Source of the DNA: Candidatus Aenigmatarchaeota archaeon
Lineage (GTDB): Archaea > Aenigmatarchaeota > Aenigmatarchaeia > CG10238-14 > SpSt-28
Assembly: GCA_039000985.1 (NCBI GenBank)
Contig: JAWBMD010000019.1
Coordinates: 1 to 10,522 of the forward strand
DNA: 10,522 nt
Reading direction: 5' to 3'
Of this stretch, positions 1 through 7,964 are shown piece by piece (positions within the stretch are counted from its first letter, which is position 1; every line of letters starts with the position of its first letter). Both the position numbers and the translations under genes were made by a program. The notes beneath the pieces are model-generated. The model was not told where the DNA came from, searched no databases, and worked only from the letters and a program-made list of their open reading frames with translations.

Positions 1-480
1 CTTAAAACTTTAAAATATGTACAAAAATTTGTTCCAAAAATCAAATATGTATTTGTAGGAAGTGGCGATATGTTAAGTTCATTAATAAAAATTGCTTATG
101 AAGATAATGTATTAGATAAAGTTATATTTGCTGGTTTTTTAAGAGACGCAGAGCTTTGGGGAGTTTATAAGTATTCTGACCTATTAGTTTCTCCTTCTGT
201 GTTTGATCCATTTGGGCTTGTTCCATTAGAGGCCGTAAAGTTTAAATTACCAGTAATAATTTCAAAAACAACTGGATGCGGAGAATACCTTTATCATTGT
301 TTAAAGGTTGATTTTTGGGATATAAAATTGATGGCAAATTACATTGTGGGAGTTTTAAAATATCAACCATTGCGAAATGAATTAGCAAAAAATTCTTTTG
401 ATGAATTGCCAAAGTTTAATTGGGAAGATATAGCTGACCAGATTGTAAATATATATTCTAATCTCCTAAGCAAAGTATAA
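1..480 (+). CDS. Glycosyltransferase family 4 (GT-B fold), C-terminal part; 5' end lies outside the window
   Basis: Frame is open from base 1 (LKTLKYVQKFVPKIKYVFVGSGDM...), so the ATG at 70 is internal. GT4 C-terminal signatures: VGSG, VIFAGFL, and SPSVFDPFGLVPLEA (E/D-x7-E-type motif) followed by PVIISKTTG and FNW. Confidence 0.88.
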   Translation, partial: LKTLKYVQKFVPKIKYVFVGSGDMLSSLIKIAYEDNVLDKVIFAGFLRDAELWGVYKYSDLLVSPSVFDPFGLVPLEAVKFKLPVIISKTTGCGEYLYHCLKVDFWDIKLMANYIVGVLKYQPLRNELAKNSFDELPKFNWEDIADQIVNIYSNLLSKV

Positions 481-482
481 AA

Positions 483-1655
483 ATGCCTTCTATTTGTTTT
501 TATTTTAAAATTCATCAACCATTCAGGTTAAAAAATTACAGTGTATTTGATATTGGTGAGGACTTTAATTATTTTGATGATGAAAGAAATAAGATGTATT
601 TAGACAGAATTGTCCAAAAATGTTATATTCCTACACTAAACTTAATATATGAACTAATAAAAGAAACAAACTTTAGATTTAAAGCTTCTTTTGGTCTAAC
701 TGGTACATTAATAGAACAATTTAAGCTTTGGCATCCAGAAGTTTTGGATTTATTTAAGAAAGTAGCAAGTACAGGGTGTATAGAGTTTACTGGCGAAACT
801 TATTATCATTCCCTTTCTTCATTATTTTCCATAAAGGAATTTATAGAACAAATTGAATTACATAAAAAAATAATAGAAAAAGAGTTCATGCAAATTCCTA
901 AGGTTTTTTCTAACACAGAGCTAATATACTTTGACGAGTTAGAAAATATACTACCTGACTTGGGCTTTAATGCAATCATAACTGAGGGAGTTGATTGGAT
1001 TTTGGGTTGGCGTTCTCCAAATTTTATATATGAATCACCACAAGGCAAATTGAAAATATTTTTAAGGAATTATAAGCTTTCTGATGACATAAGTTTTAGG
1101 TTTTCTTCTAGAGATTGGGATGGTTGGCCATTAACAGCTGATAAATTTGCAAGCTGGGTTGCGCAATTTAGAGGTAATGGTGAAGTTATTAATTTATTTA
1201 TGGATTTTGAGACATTTGGAGAGCACCAATGGGCTGAGACTGGTATCTTTGAATTTCTTGCTAATTTACCATTTGAAATTTTGAAATATAAAGATTTAGA
1301 ATTTTCCACCCTATCAGAAGCACTAAAAAAATATCCTGTAAGGGGCACTTATTCGTCCTATTATCCAATTACATGGGCTGATACTGAAAGAGATTTAACA
1401 GCTTGGTTAGGAAATGAAATGCAAAAGGACTCTGCTTATAGATTATATCAACTTGAAAATAGAATAAAATCAAAGGATGAAAATTTTTTAGATACATGGA
1501 GAAAACTTCAAACTGCGGATCATTTTTATTATATGTGTACAAAATGGTTCGCTGATGGAGATGTTCATAAATATTTCAATCCTTATGAAAATCCTTATGT
1601 TGCTTATTTGAATTTTAGAAATGTTTTAGAAGATTTAAATTTAAGATTAAAATAA
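483..1655 (+). CDS. Glycoside hydrolase family 57, alpha-amylase-like (MJA1/AmyA-type)
   Basis: All five GH57 conserved regions are recognisable: HQP, GETYYHSL, NTEL (catalytic Glu nucleophile), FMDFETFGEHQW (acid/base Asp) and QTADHFYYM. Also TWADTERDLTAWLGN. No signal peptide. Confidence 0.93.
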   Translation: MPSICFYFKIHQPFRLKNYSVFDIGEDFNYFDDERNKMYLDRIVQKCYIPTLNLIYELIKETNFRFKASFGLTGTLIEQFKLWHPEVLDLFKKVASTGCIEFTGETYYHSLSSLFSIKEFIEQIELHKKIIEKEFMQIPKVFSNTELIYFDELENILPDLGFNAIITEGVDWILGWRSPNFIYESPQGKLKIFLRNYKLSDDISFRFSSRDWDGWPLTADKFASWVAQFRGNGEVINLFMDFETFGEHQWAETGIFEFLANLPFEILKYKDLEFSTLSEALKKYPVRGTYSSYYPITWADTERDLTAWLGNEMQKDSAYRLYQLENRIKSKDENFLDTWRKLQTADHFYYMCTKWFADGDVHKYFNPYENPYVAYLNFRNVLEDLNLRLK

Positions 1656-1658
1656 TTT

Positions 1659-2909
1659 ATGAAAATAGAGGAGTTAAAAAACAGAATAGAATTTGAAATA
1701 CAAAAACCTATTTCTGAAATTTCTATTATAAATTTAGTTCAAGATTTGATAAGTTATTGTTACAAAGCAAGAGCTTCAGACATACACATAGAACCCCAGG
1801 AAAATCAATTATTAATAAAAGCAAGAATTGATGGTATTATCCATGAACTTTTTACTTTTCCTAAAGAAATTCAAGATGAAATAATCTCACGAATAAAAAT
1901 ATTATCAGGCCTTAGAACAGATGAACACTACACACCACAAGATGGACGTTTTAAGTTTTTTGATGTTTACTCAAACTCAGAGTTTGATATACGAGTTTCT
2001 ATTATGCCTACATATTTTGGAGAAAATGCTGTCTTAAGATTATTAGTATCAAAAGAGACATCTTTTACCTTAGAAACTCTTGGCTTTTCTGAAAGAGATT
2101 TAAAAGAAGTTAAAAGAGCTATTAAAAAACCTTATGGTATGATACTTGTAACTGGACCTACTGGCTCGGGTAAAACTACTACTTTATATACAATATTAAA
2201 AACTTTAAATACAGGAGCTGTTTCTATAATTACATTAGAAGATCCAATTGAATATTCCATCCCAGGTATTACACAAATACAAGTTAATCCTCAGGTAGGT
2301 TTAGTTTTTAGTACTGGTTTAAGAGCTATTTTAAGACAAGATCCTGATATTATCATGGTTGGTGAAATAAGAGATGAAGAAACAGCAGATATTGCTGTCA
2401 ATGCTGCCTTAACTGGACATTTACTTTTGTCAACTTTACATACAAATGACGCAGCAACTGCTTTACCAAGACTTTTAGAAATGGGAGTGGAACCTTTTTT
2501 AATTGCTTCTACGGTAAATATAGTTATAGGACAAAGATTAGTACGAAAAATTTGTGAAAACTGTAAACAAGAAAGAAAATTTACAACAACAGAAATATTA
2601 TCATTTTTAGAAACTATCGGGCTAGATCTTACCTTAGAAAATATTAAAGAAATTAAAAAACAAAAGTTTTATATAGGAAAAGGATGTGAATTATGTAATA
2701 ATACTGGATATTATGGAAGATTAGGGATATTCGAGGTATTGCCTATTACTGATAAAATAAGAACAGCTATCATGAAAAGGGCAGATAGCAACGAAATAAA
2801 GTCAATTGCTATTTCTGAAGGTATGAAAACAATGATTCAAGATGGTTTTGATAAAGTAGTAAAAGGTCTTACAACTATAGAAGAAATTCTAAGAGTTATT
2901 CATGAATAA
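1659..2909 (+). CDS. pilB: Type IV pilus assembly / type II secretion ATPase (PilB/GspE family), short form
   Basis: ASDIHIEP, RIDG, PQDGR, Walker A GPTGSGKTTT (from 2154), Asp box TLEDPIEY, Walker B LRQDPDIIMVGEIRD, His box TGHLLLSTLHTN, tetracysteine CENC...CELC, and C-terminal GLTTIEEILRV. Confidence 0.95.
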   Translation: MKIEELKNRIEFEIQKPISEISIINLVQDLISYCYKARASDIHIEPQENQLLIKARIDGIIHELFTFPKEIQDEIISRIKILSGLRTDEHYTPQDGRFKFFDVYSNSEFDIRVSIMPTYFGENAVLRLLVSKETSFTLETLGFSERDLKEVKRAIKKPYGMILVTGPTGSGKTTTLYTILKTLNTGAVSIITLEDPIEYSIPGITQIQVNPQVGLVFSTGLRAILRQDPDIIMVGEIRDEETADIAVNAALTGHLLLSTLHTNDAATALPRLLEMGVEPFLIASTVNIVIGQRLVRKICENCKQERKFTTTEILSFLETIGLDLTLENIKEIKKQKFYIGKGCELCNNTGYYGRLGIFEVLPITDKIRTAIMKRADSNEIKSIAISEGMKTMIQDGFDKVVKGLTTIEEILRVIHE

Positions 2910-3966
2910 AAAACCTTTTTTTCTAAGAATTTCTTTAAATGAGAAAATAATATTTGTTAGAAATTTATCGATGTTGTTAAAAAGCGGTATTAGCATTGTT
3001 GAAGCCTTAGAGATTTTAAAAAATAACACAAAATCTAAAACTTTAATTTATATTCTAAACGAAGCCATTTCAGATGTTCAAAGAGGGCAATTTTTATCAA
3101 ATAGTTTAAATAAATTTAAAAATGTATTTGGTGAGTTTTTTGTAAATATAATTAGGGTAGGAGAGCTTACAGGGAAACTACCCGAAAATCTAGATAAATT
3201 AGCTGATGAGTTAGCACAAATAGGAGCTTTGAAAAGAAAAATTATTACTACCATGATTTACCCAACTTTCATAATAACAACAATGGTAGTTTTAGTAATT
3301 TTTGTTTTGTATTTTGTTTTTCCAAAAATATTACCTATCTTCGAAAATCTAGGAGTAGAATTGCCTCTTACTACTAAAATTTTTATAAAGGTTTCTTATT
3401 TTTTAATAAATAATACAACTGAGCTGATAATTTTTTTAATTATATTTATTTTATCATTTTTTATTGCCTTAAGATTTCCTAAGTCAAAATTTTATATTGA
3501 TTTATTTTTATTAAATCTACCATTGCTTTCGGATGTAATTAAAAAATATATTCTTGCTGAATTTTCTAGGATATTAAGCTTATTATTAGGAAGTGGGCTT
3601 AAAATAGTAGAAAGTATAGAAATTGCTGGAAATGCTTTAACTAATAATGTATATAAAAAAATTTTAATAGATGTTTCATCAAATGTTTTATCGGGCTATC
3701 CTTTAAATGAGTCTTTAGAAAAATTTCCAAAATTATTTCCTTATAATTTTGTAAAGATGATTGAAATTGGCGAAAGAACAGGAAATCTAGAAAAAAATTT
3801 AAGATACTTATCCCAAAACTTTGAGGAGGATGTAGACACATTTTTAGAAAGATTTATAAATATATTAGAGCCTTTAATATTAGTAATTATCGCAGCAACA
3901 ATTGGTTTTATGGCAATTTCTATTATACTACCAATATATGAATTATCAGAAAAAATCCAACCTTAG
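2902..3966 (+). CDS. pilC: Type IV pilus / T2SS inner-membrane platform protein (PilC/GspF family)
   Basis: Two T2SSF repeats (FVRNLSMLLKSGISIVEAL...VGELTGKL and FSRILSLLLGSGLKIVESI...IGERTGNL), MIYP followed by a TM helix, and the final LEP...ILPIY TM helix. Directly follows the ATPase with an 8-bp overlap. Confidence 0.93.
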   Translation: MNKKPFFLRISLNEKIIFVRNLSMLLKSGISIVEALEILKNNTKSKTLIYILNEAISDVQRGQFLSNSLNKFKNVFGEFFVNIIRVGELTGKLPENLDKLADELAQIGALKRKIITTMIYPTFIITTMVVLVIFVLYFVFPKILPIFENLGVELPLTTKIFIKVSYFLINNTTELIIFLIIFILSFFIALRFPKSKFYIDLFLLNLPLLSDVIKKYILAEFSRILSLLLGSGLKIVESIEIAGNALTNNVYKKILIDVSSNVLSGYPLNESLEKFPKLFPYNFVKMIEIGERTGNLEKNLRYLSQNFEEDVDTFLERFINILEPLILVIIAATIGFMAISIILPIYELSEKIQP

Positions 3967-5698
3967 TTTTACGTTTTTAGAAATTTTAATAACCATTGTT
4001 TTTATAGTGCTTTTAGGGTATTTTATATACGGAGCTTTTATAAATTTTTTAAAAATGACAACATCTTTAAGGCTTACACTTCAGGCTTTAAATATTTTAG
4101 AAAGTGAATTAGAAATAATAAGAAATATGAAGTATGAAGACATTGGTATAAAAGATGGCTATCCAAGAGGTAAACTTGAAAGAAAAAAATATATAAATTT
4201 AGGCAACTTAAGCTTTGTAGTTTCTTATTATATAAGAAATATAGATGATCCTTTTGATGGCACGGTTACTTCAACTCCTCAAGATTTAGCTCCTGCTGAT
4301 TATAAGCTGGTTGAACTAAAAATAGAATGCCTCAATTGTGGGATCAAATTTAAACCTCAAAAATTAACAACCTTAGTAGCGCCTAAAAATTTGGAAGTGA
4401 CTACAAACAATGGATCTTTATTTATTAAAGCGATAAACTCAAAAGGTGAGCCTATACCACAGGCTAAGGTTATTGTATTAAATAAGCAAATAAATCCACC
4501 TATTTTAATTGAAGATTATACAAATAATGATGGCATTTTACCCTTAATAGATATACCTACAGGAACTAATGCTTATGAAATTACAATTACTAAAGATGGA
4601 TATTCAACAGAAAAAACTTATACTCCAGGTGATCCAGAAAACCCCAACCCTCTCAACCCTCATGCAACCGTAAAAGAGCAAACTTTAACCGTAGTTACAT
4701 TAGCTATAGATAAGTTAAGTAATTTGAGAATAAATACAAAAGATAAATTCTGCAGACCCATAGGAAATATTAATTTAAGAGTCAGTGGAACAAAATTAAT
4801 TGGTAAAAATCCTGATGTTATAAAATTTTCAACCACTACTTCTACAAATATTGATGGCACAAAATTTTTACAAAATATAGAATGGGATGAATATAATTTT
4901 TCTATCTTAAGCAATGGATACATATTAAGAGGCAGCAACCCTATTTGGCCCCTAGTTGTTCTTCCAAGTACTACTAAGGATGTTGATTTAATTTTAATAC
5001 CACAAGAAACCACTTCTTCTAATTTATTAATAGAAGTGATTGATTCAAATAGATTACCTATTAAATTTGCATCAGTTACGTTATCTAATGGTAACTATAG
5101 TTCAACATTAATTACAAATACAGAAGAGTATTATGAAAATAACTGGTTAGAAAATTATTCTCAAAAATCAGAAAATATAGAAATTGATAGTAATGGTTAT
5201 ATAAAATTAAAATATTTGACAGATGGTTATCCAACTAATACACAAGAGTGGTTAATATCTAATACTATTGATTTTGGAGCAAGAACTGATTTATTAAAAA
5301 TAAACTGGGATGGAGATGAAGCTTCACAAACAGACATAAAATTGCAAATTGCAGTAAATAATGATAATTCTACTTGGAATTTTATAGGACCAGATGGCAC
5401 CTCAAATTCATATTTTGAAGAAAAAGAAATTTCCAGTCTTTCTTTATTTACAAATTTTAGGTATTTAAGATATAAAGTTTATTTACAAACTTTTGATCCG
5501 CAACAAACGCCTGTTTTTAAATACATCAATTTTCAGTTTTCTTCGGATTGTTTACCGTCTGGTCAAGTTTTATTTAAAAATTTAAATATAGCTACATATC
5601 AATTAAAAGTAGAAAAGGAAGGCTATCAAACATTTTTATCAAATATAGATTTATTAGAAAGTTTTAAACAAATTATTGTAAACCTCAGCCAACAATGA
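3938..5698 (+). CDS. Large minor pilin (class III signal, PilV/GspI-like N-terminus) fused to carboxypeptidase-regulatory-like beta-sandwich domains
   Basis: ATG at 3938 gives MNYQKKSNLS|FTFLEILITIVFIVLLGYFIY (basic leader, Phe+1, Glu+5, hydrophobic helix); preferred over the TTG at 3902. Repeats of the type GSLFIKAINSKGEPIPQAKV...TNNDG...YEITITKDGY resemble CarboxypepD_reg/prealbumin-like domains. Confidence 0.78.
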   Translation: MNYQKKSNLSFTFLEILITIVFIVLLGYFIYGAFINFLKMTTSLRLTLQALNILESELEIIRNMKYEDIGIKDGYPRGKLERKKYINLGNLSFVVSYYIRNIDDPFDGTVTSTPQDLAPADYKLVELKIECLNCGIKFKPQKLTTLVAPKNLEVTTNNGSLFIKAINSKGEPIPQAKVIVLNKQINPPILIEDYTNNDGILPLIDIPTGTNAYEITITKDGYSTEKTYTPGDPENPNPLNPHATVKEQTLTVVTLAIDKLSNLRINTKDKFCRPIGNINLRVSGTKLIGKNPDVIKFSTTTSTNIDGTKFLQNIEWDEYNFSILSNGYILRGSNPIWPLVVLPSTTKDVDLILIPQETTSSNLLIEVIDSNRLPIKFASVTLSNGNYSSTLITNTEEYYENNWLENYSQKSENIEIDSNGYIKLKYLTDGYPTNTQEWLISNTIDFGARTDLLKINWDGDEASQTDIKLQIAVNNDNSTWNFIGPDGTSNSYFEEKEISSLSLFTNFRYLRYKVYLQTFDPQQTPVFKYINFQFSSDCLPSGQVLFKNLNIATYQLKVEKEGYQTFLSNIDLLESFKQIIVNLSQQ

Positions 5699-7401
5699 AG
5701 TTAAAAAAGTTTTTTTTAATTTTTTTTATTTTAATACTTCCAATTTTTTGCAAAGCTGAAGAAGTTTTTGAGTATTTTTCTCATTCTCCGAGAACTACTA
5801 ATAAGCTAGATTTAAATTTAGTAGAAGAAATTAAGCAAGAAATAAAAATATTTGATGATAATCTAAGTAAAATTTATCTTTGGATAGATAACCCTGGTAC
5901 AGCTAATGAAGTGAATATTCAACTTTTTGAAGAAGACCATTTATTATTCAGTAAGACCATCAATATTCCCCAGGTAAAAGGAGGTTATTTTGGTTATAAG
6001 TTTGGAATAGATTTAGGAAAGAATTTAAAAATAGAAAGCGGGAAAAATTATCATTTATCAATAAAAAATTTAACCAAAGATGAAATGTATATCTACTATA
6101 CAGGCAAGATAGAAATTTTACAAGGAGAAGAAAAAGAAGGCATTTTACCAATCTCCTTAGGTAAATTTTTGATAAATGTAAAAGAGTATGCTTATTCTTT
6201 GAAAATAGCGCTTGCTGAATCTTTGGAACAAGATGCGCCCAAATTATTTAATCCACAAATAGAAATTGAAAGTCCTTATAAAGTTCATCTTTTATTCAAT
6301 TCAAACGAACCGATAAAGTATAAAGTTATCTATTGGGATGTGAATAGAAATGAAACTTATTTAATCCCTTCAAATTCTTATCTAGAAAATTGTTTTATAG
6401 AAACGAAAAAATGTAAAATAAGTATTTATACGAATCATAACACTTATTATAAATTCCAAATTTCTATAATAGATTATTGGGGTAATTTCAAAACTTATGA
6501 AGGAGAATTTGTAACCCCCTTAGATCCTACTATTTCTACTTCAACAATTTCTACTTCAACAATAAAAATTAATGATACATCACTCCCTCAAATTTCTAAT
6601 TTTCAAATAAAAGAAATAACTTCCAATAATATAATAGTCTCCTTTGAAACAAATGAATTTGCACTTAGTTCTCTTAAAATTTTTTATAAAGATACAGGTG
6701 TCATAGTGATGGAAATAAGAAATAGTATGTTTAATTTATATCATGAAATAAGCGCATTGAATTTACTTTTCCCTAACTTAGAATACGAAGGAGTAGTTTA
6801 TGTAGAAGACATATTTAAAAATAAAAATGAATATAAATTTAGCTTCAAAACTAAAGAAGGTAAAACTTCTCAATCTTTAGATAAATTTTTATCTCAACCT
6901 AAAATTTTAGAAATTAATGTAATAAATGAAGGAATTGAATCTAGCTTAAAAACCCCAGATATTGAAATTAATTACGACCAAAATTTAAATAAAATGAATA
7001 TCAAAACAGATTCCAATAATTTAAAAATTAATTTCATTAAAAGACCAGAGGTTTCTATTTTTAGTTATTCTATCAAAGAAGGAAGTTATGATTTGGATTT
7101 AAATATTTTCTCTCCTGGGGTTTATAATTACCTAGCTTATCAAGAGCTCCGGCCTAACATAAAACAAATTCTAAAATCTGGTGAAATTGAAATAAAAAGC
7201 AAAGAAATTAAGGAAATTTCTTCGGGAAAAATAGAAACAAAAAATAATACAGAAATTAAAATAAAAGAGGGCTCTCCAAAAATAATTCAACCTTTGCCTG
7301 CTTCAGAATCTGTTTCATCTCATAAAAAAATTATTTCAATTATCGGAATAATTGTGATTTTAAGTTTGTTATTAATCTTATTTTTGATAAAAAGAAAATG
7401 A
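5695..7401 (+). CDS. Secreted, C-terminally membrane-anchored surface protein with two FN3-like repeats (function unknown)
   Basis: Sec-type signal MKLKKFFLIFFILILPIFCKA|EE, a C-terminal hydrophobic helix IISIIGIIVILSLLLILFLI followed by KRK, and two similar ~95-aa beta-rich units (about 6232-6516 and 6574-6852). ATGA overlaps with both neighbours. Confidence 0.72.
   Translation: MKLKKFFLIFFILILPIFCKAEEVFEYFSHSPRTTNKLDLNLVEEIKQEIKIFDDNLSKIYLWIDNPGTANEVNIQLFEEDHLLFSKTINIPQVKGGYFGYKFGIDLGKNLKIESGKNYHLSIKNLTKDEMYIYYTGKIEILQGEEKEGILPISLGKFLINVKEYAYSLKIALAESLEQDAPKLFNPQIEIESPYKVHLLFNSNEPIKYKVIYWDVNRNETYLIPSNSYLENCFIETKKCKISIYTNHNTYYKFQISIIDYWGNFKTYEGEFVTPLDPTISTSTISTSTIKINDTSLPQISNFQIKEITSNNIIVSFETNEFALSSLKIFYKDTGVIVMEIRNSMFNLYHEISALNLLFPNLEYEGVVYVEDIFKNKNEYKFSFKTKEGKTSQSLDKFLSQPKILEINVINEGIESSLKTPDIEINYDQNLNKMNIKTDSNNLKINFIKRPEVSIFSYSIKEGSYDLDLNIFSPGVYNYLAYQELRPNIKQILKSGEIEIKSKEIKEISSGKIETKNNTEIKIKEGSPKIIQPLPASESVSSHKKIISIIGIIVILSLLLILFLIKRK
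6532..6561 (+). repeat. Perfect 15-bp tandem duplication (ATTTCTACTTCAACA x2) encoding ISTST-ISTST linker
   Basis: Read directly at 6532-6546 and 6547-6561; in frame, between the two FN3-like units. Confidence 0.9.
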
Positions 7402-7964
7402 GAGCTTTTACTTTGATGGAAACATTAATAGCCATTTTTATTATTTCTGCTTTAATTGGATTAATAATTCTTTTTGTATTAAACTTGGTAAATTTTAATG
7501 TATTTTTTGTTTTAAATATAGGTGGCACAAGAGAAATTGATATTACCTTAAATAATATGATAAAAGAGTTGCGTAGTATGAATCAATCTAATACAGGAGG
7601 GTATCCTATTGAAAGCGCAGATGAAACTAGCATAATATTCTACACCGATATAGATGGAGATGGGGTTATGGAAAGACTAAGGTATTTTTTAGAAAATAAT
7701 CAAGTAAAAAGAGGTATAACGAGATTTGAAAATGGAACATATGATTCAAATAAAGAAAAGATTTGGCTTATGATTAATAATGTAAATAAATTTAAGATAA
7801 CCTATTATGACGCTAATTATACGGGAACAGAAGTTCCCTTAACTTTTCCTGTAGATATTTCAAAAATTAGGACAATTCGGATTGATGTTTCTTTAAAGTT
7901 TTTAAACAAACCAGAAATTAATTATTATATAATAGCAACACCAAGAAATTTAAGAGGAAAATGA
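7398..7964 (+). CDS. Minor pilin, PilW/GspJ-like, with prepilin N-terminal cleavage/methylation motif
   Basis: MRA|FTLMETLIAIFIISALIG..., then helix ending MIKELRS, FYTDIDGDGVMERLRYFL and terminal PRNL, as typical of PilW/GspJ-like subunits. Lies immediately before the PilX-like gene. Confidence 0.82.
   Translation: MRAFTLMETLIAIFIISALIGLIILFVLNLVNFNVFFVLNIGGTREIDITLNNMIKELRSMNQSNTGGYPIESADETSIIFYTDIDGDGVMERLRYFLENNQVKRGITRFENGTYDSNKEKIWLMINNVNKFKITYYDANYTGTEVPLTFPVDISKIRTIRIDVSLKFLNKPEINYYIIATPRNLRGK

Noticed and set aside
806..1348. Antisense ORFs 806-1048 and 1070-1348
   Set aside because: Fully inside the well-supported GH57 gene on the opposite strand, with no recognisable motifs; shadow ORFs.
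1578..1599. AATCCTTATG repeated with 12-bp period
   Set aside because: Reflects the NPYENPY protein motif at the GH57 C-terminus; not an independent repeat element.
3902..3937. TTG start at 3902 from the ORF track
   Set aside because: Adds a hydrophobic peptide before the class III leader and a 65-bp overlap with pilC; ATG 3938 gives a normal basic prepilin leader.
5710..5727. Two T8 tracts at the start of the surface-protein gene as a phase-variation switch
   Set aside because: They encode Phe-rich signal peptide residues, such runs are common at this AT content, and the frame is intact; no evidence without read data.
5695..5757. Lipoprotein signal at PIFC
   Set aside because: Phe at -1 does not fit the lipobox; signal peptidase I cleavage after CKA is more plausible.
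7294..7308. LPASE as a sortase LPxTG-like motif
   Set aside because: Lacks TG, is separated from the TM helix by a polar/basic stretch, and no sortase is in the window.
3641..7528. Antisense ORFs 3641-3841, 4660-5013, 5960-6151 and 7340-7528
   Set aside because: Short, overlap supported + strand genes, and show composition expected from the reverse complement of AT-rich coding DNA.
5696..7964. TGA recoding (code 25/4) fusing adjacent genes
   Set aside because: Long ORFs contain no internal TGA, the TGA stops form ATGA overlaps with the next start, and read-through at 5698 hits TAA two codons later.
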